Source: a virus. From it: DNA of 63,703 nt. Location of the stretch: the IMG/VR virus record IMGVR_UViG_3300045988_161557; one strand, given 5' to 3'. Every line of letters begins with the position of its first letter. Position 1 is the first letter of the stretch. Below are positions 44,324 through 51,373 of this stretch, piece after piece. Made by a program: the position numbers and the translations under genes. Below the pieces are notes generated by a model. It was given only the letters and a program-made list of their open reading frames with translations, did not search any database and was not told the origin of the DNA.

Positions 44324-44725
44324 ATGATGCATATAGAATTTGACAGCATGTTTACAAGATGCCAGGAGTTGTCTTCCTTCGAGGGGAGAAGGCTTACTGA
44401 CGGGCAGGGCAACAGCATGTACGAGCAAGCGCACATCACTGACCAAGACAAACCTCTCATACAGGGCATGGTGCGCAAAGCAGTTGAGATGGCAAACAGC
44501 CGCCTCAGCAGCTCAGTGGGTGAGATAGGCTTCAGCCTTACACCCTCACAGCAAGTACAGACTAGTGCGCTGAAGCTGCTTGAAGAGATAGTCGCCGCAT
44601 ACGTCATGCACCTGTGGCTGGAGGACAAATCCAAGGAACGCAGCGACTGCTATCTGGCTATGACAGAACAGATGGTGTCGGCATTCCGTTCGCGTGTCCG
44701 ACCGACACTTATGGATGATTACTGA
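44324..44725 (+). CDS. Hypothetical protein, member 1 of a four-gene paralog array
   Basis: 133 aa. Shares LIQGMVRKAVEMANSRL ... IGFSL ... LLEEIVAAYVMHLW with the next three genes. Confidence 0.6.
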   Translation: MMHIEFDSMFTRCQELSSFEGRRLTDGQGNSMYEQAHITDQDKPLIQGMVRKAVEMANSRLSSSVGEIGFSLTPSQQVQTSALKLLEEIVAAYVMHLWLEDKSKERSDCYLAMTEQMVSAFRSRVRPTLMDDY

Positions 44726-44746
44726 TATATATATATATAAGTACGC

Positions 44747-45232
44747 ATGGATATAACGATTTACAGAAACCAGCTCAAGTTAGATGCCGACATCGAAACA
44801 AGAAAGGCGGCCATATTCCAAATCGCGAAAGACCGCCCCGAAGAACTCAACGAGGCTCAGATGGGTATGGAGGAGAGCGACCTTAGCTATTTCGAGCGTC
44901 AGTGCCAGCAGGGAGTTGATGACCTTCTCACCGTGCTGCACCGCTTCGTGACTGGATGCACAGGAGAGACGCCTATGGGGGAAGCGGGTAACAACAAGCT
45001 GGAGAACACAAAGCAGTGGGTCATATCGCTCTCTTTCGACTCAAGGCGCAACGTAATCGCGCGTGCGCTTGCAGGAGCATGCCACCGCTTCGTTCTTATG
45101 ACAGCGCTGCACGCATGGGCTGTAATGACTATGCCCGCAATGGCAGAGCAATATCTTGCACGCAGGAATGATGCTGCCGCTGCCATTAGGGAAATGATAT
45201 ACCGCAAGGAACCACCAACACTGCAAGAATGA
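44747..45232 (+). CDS. Hypothetical protein, member 2 of the paralog array
   Basis: 161 aa. QQGVDDLLTVLHRF ... WVISLSF ... ALAGACHRFVLMTALHAW. Confidence 0.6.
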   Translation: MDITIYRNQLKLDADIETRKAAIFQIAKDRPEELNEAQMGMEESDLSYFERQCQQGVDDLLTVLHRFVTGCTGETPMGEAGNNKLENTKQWVISLSFDSRRNVIARALAGACHRFVLMTALHAWAVMTMPAMAEQYLARRNDAAAAIREMIYRKEPPTLQE

Positions 45233-45735
45233 TTATAGAACTGCTGTATAAATACCTCGACCATGATGTTAGGCAGCTTACCACGCGCTACGCGGAAGCA
45301 AGGACTAACGACCCAGAGCTGAGAGACCTGTCACAACTGGGGGACGGAACAAGCGACCAACAGCTTATAAGGAGGCTCATCGTCACTGGTGTTGGCAAGC
45401 TCCGTGCTGTTCTCAGGGACAAACTGGTGAACAGCACAGAGAATGCCGATGACAAGCTTCCCGTAGTCACCTCGTGGGAGTTCAACTTCAAGGAGGCCGA
45501 TGCCGACAGTCGGGCGCTTGCTGAACTCATGCACTGGTTCATCGTGAGAGCGGCCATCGTGGAGTGGTGCAGGATGTTCTCACCAAGCGACCTGTCAGAG
45601 GTGAAGTCGGCGGTAGGGGATGCAGCAGACGAGCTGGACGAGTTGCTGTCTAGCTCGAGCATGCCTACGAAGGAGAGACGCACGCTCATAAGCGAGGACG
45701 GCCCCGCTGAAGTCAAATTCACATACATACCATGA
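45229..45735 (+). CDS. Hypothetical protein, member 3 of the paralog array
   Basis: 168 aa. LIVTGVGKLRAVLRDKL ... WEFNFKE ... ALAELMHWFIVRAAIVEW. 4-nt overlaps with both neighbours. Confidence 0.6.
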   Translation: MIIELLYKYLDHDVRQLTTRYAEARTNDPELRDLSQLGDGTSDQQLIRRLIVTGVGKLRAVLRDKLVNSTENADDKLPVVTSWEFNFKEADADSRALAELMHWFIVRAAIVEWCRMFSPSDLSEVKSAVGDAADELDELLSSSSMPTKERRTLISEDGPAEVKFTYIP

Positions 45736-46232
45736 TGGATGCCTCGGTTAAACTTCTCCTCAGTGAGATAAAATATGAAGTGAAGTTCGACTCCTGGTTG
45801 AAGAACAGGGTGACGAATGCAGAGCAACGCAATGCCAACAAGAAGGCATACAAGTCTGTCGAGTATGCCTTCAAGGACGACAAGGCAGAGGACTGGCTTG
45901 TGCGTCAGATACAGGATGCCGTGGATAGCGTGTACGGACGGCTGCGCTGGTGCCTGCATGATGACAGCCGTATGCAGTCAGATGAGATATGGAAGAACCC
46001 TACAGAGTGGTCGCTGCACTTCCGCTTCTCTGAGATGTGGCGGGGCAGTGTACGCTCGCTGAAAGCACATATACACCGCTATGTATGCGATTACGTTATA
46101 TCGCAGTGGTATCGTGCCATGAATGACGAGCGCGCGCAACAGAACTATACTTTATCGGCAGAGAACCACCTTGAGAAGGCTTACAATGAAGCGCGCTCTG
46201 AGGTGGTGCAGATTGAACCATGGAGATTATGA
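45732..46232 (+). CDS. Hypothetical protein, member 4 of the paralog array
   Basis: 166 aa. QIQDAVDSVYGRLRWCL ... WSLHFRF ... SLKAHIHRYVCDYVISQW. Confidence 0.6.
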   Translation: MMDASVKLLLSEIKYEVKFDSWLKNRVTNAEQRNANKKAYKSVEYAFKDDKAEDWLVRQIQDAVDSVYGRLRWCLHDDSRMQSDEIWKNPTEWSLHFRFSEMWRGSVRSLKAHIHRYVCDYVISQWYRAMNDERAQQNYTLSAENHLEKAYNEARSEVVQIEPWRL

Positions 46233-46534
46233 GCAAGAAGACAGCGGACAAGAGCACAAAAACTTCAGTAGTCAAGGAGAAGATACGCGACTATCTGGAC
46301 AAGAACTGGGAGAAGCTTATCAAGGATATAGATTCCCTCGATCCAAAGGAACGTGTAGATAGACGCATGAAGCTCTTGGAGTATGTCATGCCGAAAGCCG
46401 CTGCCGCAAAGACAGAGGAGAAAGCACCGCAGTCAATAGCGCAGATAATACTCAGCAAAGAGGCCCAATTCGATGACTACGTGGAAGAGGAAGACTTGCA
46501 GGAGAAAGAAATAATAAGGGATGAAGACTTGTGA
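46220..46534 (+). CDS. Hypothetical charged protein
   Basis: 104 aa, Lys/Glu-rich. 13-nt overlap with the upstream gene. Confidence 0.55.
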   Translation: MEIMSKKTADKSTKTSVVKEKIRDYLDKNWEKLIKDIDSLDPKERVDRRMKLLEYVMPKAAAAKTEEKAPQSIAQIILSKEAQFDDYVEEEDLQEKEIIRDEDL

Positions 46535-46605
46535 TTTAGGGTTTGTTTAGTGAGATTAGTGAGAAAGGTTACACACTCATTTGTTTTTGTTAGTTTTCAT
46601 GGTTT

Positions 46606-46637
46606 AAGCCCCGCCGTCCGTGAGGATAGCGGGGCTT
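46606..46637. terminator. Bidirectional hairpin terminator between convergent operons
   Basis: AAGCCCCGC - 14-nt loop - GCGGGGCTT (9-bp stem). Confidence 0.7.
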
Positions 46638-46641
46638 GTCA

Positions 46642-47061
46642 TTATAGCAGGTCTTCCCAGTCAACGGGTATTCCACGGGCTACCATCTTGGCATACCAGC
46701 AACGCATCACCTCTCCGTCTCCTGCATCCGCATCATCAAGAATATCTCTGATAATCTTAGCCAGATGCACCTCGTCAGAGATGCTGCTGCCAAGGTAGTC
46801 GCTCCTGCACATGGTAGCGACATACACCATATCGTATCCCACATCATTCTCTATCTGCACTCCTGTACGGCTCAGGAGGTCATCCACCTGTTCACGTGTC
46901 AGTGCAGTAGTACGCTCCAAGGATCCAGACTCCGTGCGTCTGTACATGTGCCTTGCGGCAAACTCACAAGCCTTACGGTTGAAGTGCCACCCGTAGTTGC
47001 GCAAGTACGAACGCATGTCGTCGGGCATCCTGTCATAAGTATCAAGGCTTGTCCGTCTCAT
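46642..47061 (-). CDS. Hypothetical protein
   Basis: 139-aa ORF, the last gene of the minus-strand late operon. Confidence 0.6.
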   Translation of the reverse strand: MRRTSLDTYDRMPDDMRSYLRNYGWHFNRKACEFAARHMYRRTESGSLERTTALTREQVDDLLSRTGVQIENDVGYDMVYVATMCRSDYLGSSISDEVHLAKIIRDILDDADAGDGEVMRCWYAKMVARGIPVDWEDLL

Positions 47062-47065
47062 AAGG

Positions 47066-47302
47066 CTACCTCATATAACGGCCAGAATGCTTCTGCTTCC
47101 TTGCACCCATACGGCCGTAGCGTCCGTAATCCTCTTCGTCCTCGTACTCGTTATCGTCCCAGTCGTCCCTGTCTCCACCTCTCTGGTTGCCCTCGAGGTC
47201 TTCAAGGCACTGCATGAGCTTACCGCCTGCACTGAGCATCTTCTCGCAAAGCTCAGACATCTTATTGCGCTTGTCTTCGCTTATCTGTACCATATATCCC
47301 AT
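47066..47302 (-). CDS. Small highly acidic protein
   Basis: 78 aa with a DRDDWDDNEYEDEEDY run. Confidence 0.55.
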   Translation of the reverse strand: MGYMVQISEDKRNKMSELCEKMLSAGGKLMQCLEDLEGNQRGGDRDDWDDNEYEDEEDYGRYGRMGARKQKHSGRYMR

Positions 47303-47308
47303 AATCTT

Positions 47309-47821
47309 CTACTTTTTATTTGCTTCTGACATGGAGAGCAACAAGCCCTTAATATCCGAGAGGTCTGTACGCATGCCGTTCATCTCCTTCTCCAGGTTCT
47401 GTATCTTCTGCTCCTGCTCACGCTCCTTGGCTATCTGTGGGTTGAGGAGGGCAAGGAACTCACCGCAGCGACCGACTACCTGCTGGTTATGCTCCATGCT
47501 GTCAAGGATGGACTGACTCGCCCTTCTCATGCTCTCCACCTCGGCGCTCATCGCGTCACGGCTCTCGCTTATCACCACATTGCCTGTGCCGAAGTTGGCT
47601 ATACTAAGGTTTGCTGGCACCTGCTTGAACTCCAAGGACTCGTCACCGCACTTGACAGTAATATCCACTATCATCTCCTGACCGAAGTTAGGAGTGAAGT
47701 TGCCTGTCTGGAACTTCGGTGTAGGCGCACTCACAGATGACACCTCTGCTATCTTCAGCTTTATGTCGCTGCCCTTCTCCAGTATATAGAAGGGGCTTCC
47801 TGCTCTCAATGTCTGAAACAT
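47309..47821 (-). CDS. Hypothetical protein with a C-terminal coiled coil
   Basis: 170-aa ORF in the co-directional operon. Confidence 0.6.
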   Translation of the reverse strand: MFQTLRAGSPFYILEKGSDIKLKIAEVSSVSAPTPKFQTGNFTPNFGQEMIVDITVKCGDESLEFKQVPANLSIANFGTGNVVISESRDAMSAEVESMRRASQSILDSMEHNQQVVGRCGEFLALLNPQIAKEREQEQKIQNLEKEMNGMRTDLSDIKGLLLSMSEANKK

Positions 47822-47855
47822 AATTCTACCTTTTAATTCTTACTCTCTCTCTTCT

Positions 47856-48194
47856 TCACGCTACTGGACTCATCAGAGTAAGCGTGTTGGCGCTCTTGTT
47901 GAACAGCACCTCTATGTAGGTCACGCCCACAAGGGAGGCCGCAGTCACGGCTGCGCCTGTCACACTCACCAAAGGAAGACTTGCCCCGTTCGTGCTCACA
48001 AGGACGGGCAGCGTGCCTGTAGTCCCTGTGGGTATAACGGGAGTGGCCTCCACGATGATTATACCCTTGGCTCCGAGAAAACGGAACACGTGGTTGGGGA
48101 GGTCAATAGTCACGTTGGCCGTCCCTACCGTAGCGGGGGCAGTAACAATAGGTGTGCCGCCCCTGTTCGCAATGAACACGCTCCTGTTAGTCAT
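47856..48194 (-). CDS. Hypothetical beta-rich protein (Thr/Val/Gly/Ala-rich)
   Basis: 112-aa ORF. Its ATG overlaps the stop of the 46-aa ORF upstream. Confidence 0.55.
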   Translation of the reverse strand: MTNRSVFIANRGGTPIVTAPATVGTANVTIDLPNHVFRFLGAKGIIIVEATPVIPTGTTGTLPVLVSTNGASLPLVSVTGAAVTAASLVGVTYIEVLFNKSANTLTLMSPVA

Positions 48195-48331
48195 ACCACG
48201 TTCTCTGCCCTACTCTTGCCCAGCACATCCTCCGCAGTGAGGTTCACGTGACCATCTGCATCTATCTGTGTGGCACAACAACTGACCACACTATCTACTA
48301 TTCTGTACAACTCTGTCTCCTTGTCGTTCAT
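48191..48331 (-). CDS. 46-aa hypothetical protein (below the track cut-off)
   Basis: MNDKETELYRIVDSVVSCCATQIDADGHVNLTAEDVLGKSRAENVV. It fills an otherwise empty gap and has an ATGA overlap with the next gene. Confidence 0.4.
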   Translation of the reverse strand: MNDKETELYRIVDSVVSCCATQIDADGHVNLTAEDVLGKSRAENVV

Positions 48332-48347
48332 GGTATGTGTCGTTTTA

Positions 48348-48923
48348 TTACAAGAAGTCCACAAACGTGAACCTCTCTTCGTTGAACTTATGCGGCCTCT
48401 TATAGAGCCTGTCCCACAGCCAGGGGATAGGAAGATAGGTATGCCAGCTTCTGCCGTCCAAAGGCAAGAATCCCTGCACGCCTCCGCTGTAGCCTACCTC
48501 TGCAGGCAGGACGGAAACGTAGTCAACATTGACGCTGGCATGCTTGGCATACTTACAGCAGGCACTACCCCATATTATCCACTGAAACTTCTGCCGTAAC
48601 TCTGTTGCAAACTGACGGAAGTCTTCTATGTTCTCACTCGTCCCCTCGTAGGTCAGGCATACCTGGCATCTGTCGGGGAAACGGTCTATCATGCCAAGAA
48701 TGTCATCTGCGCTCCGCTCGCTCTCCCACAGCCCATGCGCGCATACGTAGCCCTTGCGTCTCCCACACGCAGGCCGCACACGTATGTCGAAACTCCTGCA
48801 CCCAGCGGCATACTGCCCCGCTATAGTCTTGCTCTGTGTCTTCGCAAAAGGCGTGACCAGACAAGAGAGAAGGCCGTGTCCTCTCTCGCCAGTCGCGCTG
48901 TCATGTGTTGCTATCTTAATCAT
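48348..48923 (-). CDS. PLC-like phosphodiesterase (PI-PLC X-box-like)
   Basis: Start taken at MIKIATHDS (ATGA overlap with the upstream stop). IATHDS..., QYAAGCRSFDIRV and VCAHGLW fit the H-D/N-S ... G.R.fDiR ... HG pattern of PI-PLC X domains. Confidence 0.55.
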   Translation of the reverse strand: MIKIATHDSATGERGHGLLSCLVTPFAKTQSKTIAGQYAAGCRSFDIRVRPACGRRKGYVCAHGLWESERSADDILGMIDRFPDRCQVCLTYEGTSENIEDFRQFATELRQKFQWIIWGSACCKYAKHASVNVDYVSVLPAEVGYSGGVQGFLPLDGRSWHTYLPIPWLWDRLYKRPHKFNEERFTFVDFL

Positions 48924-49180
48924 ACTACGTACAATATTATAAGCCCAACCGTAGCCGCAGCACCGCCCATAGCGGTGGCCAGCAAGTCCTTCCACTCGAA
49001 GCGCTCGTCAAGCAGCTCTTTGACCACTCCTGCCACTATAGATAGACCGAAACCTGTCGCGATGGATGCCGCCTGCATCGCGCCTGCCATGCAGGCAACG
49101 AGGTAGGCCATAACGGCCACCAGCGCTCCTGCAAGGAAGTGCGTCACCTTGTCGAGTCCCCACTTCTCAACAGCATTCAT
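48920..49180 (-). CDS. Small three-pass membrane protein
   Basis: 86 aa. HFLAGALVAVMAYLVACMAGA, IATGFGLSIVAGVV, GGAAATVGLIILYVV. Confidence 0.6.
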   Translation of the reverse strand: MNAVEKWGLDKVTHFLAGALVAVMAYLVACMAGAMQAASIATGFGLSIVAGVVKELLDERFEWKDLLATAMGGAAATVGLIILYVV

Positions 49181-49451
49181 CGTGCGCCTCCTTTCCTGCT
49201 GGATCCTGCCACATCATCTCGTCATCCTCCACCTCGGTAGTGGCGATGATGTTCGCTTCCGCCTCAAGCGTGTTGTACTCCTCACGCGCTGCCTCGTAGG
49301 CTGTGTATTCCTCTGGGTACTCCTCTCTGAAGGTGAGCCCCATCTTGATGCACTTGGCAGCATGCGCGTCACTCTCGGCCATGGTGGCCTGCAAGGCCAT
49401 CTTGCGCTCTGCTATGCGTTGCAGGGCGCTTTGCTTCTCCTCTCTTGTCAT
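49167..49451 (-). CDS. Hypothetical acidic helical protein
   Basis: 94-aa ORF that overlaps the RT 3' end by 83 nt in another frame. Confidence 0.45.
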   Translation of the reverse strand: MTREEKQSALQRIAERKMALQATMAESDAHAAKCIKMGLTFREEYPEEYTAYEAAREEYNTLEAEANIIATTEVEDDEMMWQDPAGKEAHDECC

Positions 49452-50664
49452 GCTTTCTATTTTTATGCTTTAATCTTAAATGATATCTGCGCTTCAGCCT
49501 CTCGTTCAGCCCGTATCCGTCATTGGCAACGAGACACATCCTACGCTTGTCAAGATGTATGTATCTGTTCCATCTGTCGGACAGGTTGTCCAGCGCTGTC
49601 ATAGCGATGTGGTGTCCGTTACGTGTCTTGCAGATGCCCAGATAGGAATTGACACAGGCAAGCAGCGCGCTGAGACTCCTTTCGCAGGGTGCTGCATTGA
49701 ACTTGGCAATGCATTGCATGAATGAGCGAACCGTCCTCTGCGACACATACACCCGTTGCATCTTGACGGTTGTACCGCAGAACTTCACACCCTTGCTGTA
49801 GTGCTGACAGGAGAACTTGTGTGGATGTAGCGTGCATCCAAGTTCAGCATACCGCCTGCGTAGCTCTGGCATGATGTAGGCAAGGAACGCTTCCTTGTTG
49901 TCCGTGACAGCAAAGTTGTCGTCCATATAGCGCACGTGCAGTATGCCGCAGTCCTGCTCCAGCCAGCGGTCTATATCAGCCACGTAGAGGCTCATCGCGT
50001 CCTGCCACACAAGCCTGCCGATGCTACCTCCTATGCCTGCAGGCTTGTTGAACAGGCTTTTCTCTGGCTTGATGGACAGGCGTTCTTCATAGGTGCTCCG
50101 TATCTCACAGTGTTCGGTCGGATAGCTGAAGATACTCCGCTCTATCAGATACCTCAGAAGCTCCTTGTCTTCACCCTGGTATTCCTTATCAAGTATGTCA
50201 AGGAACTGGTCATATGCGGTATCTTGACGGGCATTTGGAAAGTAGCCCTCCAAGTCCCAGGTGATGCACCAGGCATCGCGCGTGAAGCCGCACGTCTTGT
50301 CGTAGATGTCTTCCGCTATCTGGTTTATTGCTGCATTGAGCCCCTTTCCTATGCGGTTGTTGAAGGTTCTGTCGGTAAGCCTGCGTTCGATATGCGGACG
50401 CATGTCCTCGGCTATGTAGTGGTCGCAGATGCGCTGTCCCATATCGCACGCGAAGACTTCACGCGCTTTTGGACGGGTAGCCACAAAGGTGTAGGCAGTC
50501 GGTTGCAGGGTACGGTCGTTCATATCCAGCGCAAGGCGCAACAGGTTTCGCTGCCAGTGGAGCTCAAACTCCACGCAGTCCGCTGAGTTGCGCTTGTGCT
50601 TGCGCGTTATCAGATAAATAGGGTACAAGCCCCTGAAGCTGACCGTATCATTCATCTTTTGCAT
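49369..50664 (-). CDS. DGR reverse transcriptase
   Basis: RT motifs ITWDLEGYFPNA (A), GIGGSIGRLVWQDAMSLY (B) and VRYMDDNFAV (C, YMDD). Its ATG lies 12 nt after the TR end. Confidence 0.85.
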   Translation of the reverse strand: MQKMNDTVSFRGLYPIYLITRKHKRNSADCVEFELHWQRNLLRLALDMNDRTLQPTAYTFVATRPKAREVFACDMGQRICDHYIAEDMRPHIERRLTDRTFNNRIGKGLNAAINQIAEDIYDKTCGFTRDAWCITWDLEGYFPNARQDTAYDQFLDILDKEYQGEDKELLRYLIERSIFSYPTEHCEIRSTYEERLSIKPEKSLFNKPAGIGGSIGRLVWQDAMSLYVADIDRWLEQDCGILHVRYMDDNFAVTDNKEAFLAYIMPELRRRYAELGCTLHPHKFSCQHYSKGVKFCGTTVKMQRVYVSQRTVRSFMQCIAKFNAAPCERSLSALLACVNSYLGICKTRNGHHIAMTALDNLSDRWNRYIHLDKRRMCLVANDGYGLNERLKRRYHLRLKHKNRKHDKRGEAKRPATHSRAQDGLAGHHGRE

Positions 50665-50676
50665 TCATTATCGGTT

Positions 50677-50799
50677 CGAGAGCGGGGAAGCCACAAGCCA
50701 GGTGTTGTACATGGTCGTGGCGTTCAGGCAGCCGTTCGTGCCGTTGCAATTCCAAGCGTTGTTGGGATTGTAGCGCGCACACGTCCACTGGTTAGAACC
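50677..50799 (-). repeat. DGR template repeat (TR)
   Basis: Non-coding copy of VR. The conceptual translation has 9 Asn (AAY) codons (..YNPNNAWNCNGTNGCLNATTMYNTW..). Track ORF 50668-50853 is this repeat. Confidence 0.9.
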
Positions 50800-50893
50800 C
50801 ATTGTGCCCAATTCCTTGCCTGTCGGTGTAAAAGACACCCTGGGCACCTCCAATAATTATAGCTGCTGGCACGCCATACCTGTATCGCAGGGT

Positions 50894-51313
50894 TTAGTCT
50901 GGCGTACTCTTGCTGCGGAGCGCGCTCTGCCTCCATTTTGAGATGTCTTCGTCTATCTCGCCTACAATCTGGAATATGCCCAGATACATCTTGTCGGTCG
51001 CTGATGGCAACTCGGCATTCGTCTCGGTGAGTTCCTTAGCCTTCGGGCATCTCAATACACCTTCATGGTTTATCCCTTCCAATTCAACCTTGAGCACGGC
51101 AAAATCGGCAATAAGCTTTCGGTAATAGTAGGCGCGCTCGTCCTGGAACTCGTAAGCCAGTGCGAAGTCGCGCAGGCACTCGTTGCAGTACTCCAACGCA
51201 GGAGTGCCGTACACGATGCGGTCTTTCTTCATCAGGAAGTACTGCATCTTCTTCAGCCTGTGCCTCAGTCGGCACAGCCTTATGTAAATGCTTGCGTTAT
51301 GTATTCTTGCCAT
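50894..51313 (-). CDS. avd: DGR accessory variability determinant (Avd-like)
   Basis: Sits between VR and TR as in canonical DGRs; about 139 aa, helical and basic. Start taken at the ATG at 51313 (MARIHNA), which leaves the VR-proximal hairpin intergenic. The track ORF extends to a TTG at 51370. Confidence 0.6.
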   Translation of the reverse strand: MARIHNASIYIRLCRLRHRLKKMQYFLMKKDRIVYGTPALEYCNECLRDFALAYEFQDERAYYYRKLIADFAVLKVELEGINHEGVLRCPKAKELTETNAELPSATDKMYLGIFQIVGEIDEDISKWRQSALRSKSTPD

Positions 51314-51339
51314 GCTCTGTGTGTTATGTGTCTTGTCAA

Positions 51340-51368
51340 GCGCGGGCATGGCCTTGGCCTGCCCGCGC
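51340..51368 (-). other. GC-rich hairpin just downstream of VR (candidate DGR target-recognition hairpin)
   Basis: GCGCGGGCA - 11 nt - TGCCCGCGC (9-bp stem), 6-34 nt after the target-gene stop (51374) and about 27 nt after the VR end. Confidence 0.6.
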
Positions 51369-51373
51369 AAGAG

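Noticed and set aside
50668-50853. 61-aa ORF between avd and the RT (also 50724-50936).
   Set aside because: This is the DGR template repeat read as protein (an Asn-rich copy of the target C-terminus). TRs are not translated in known DGRs.
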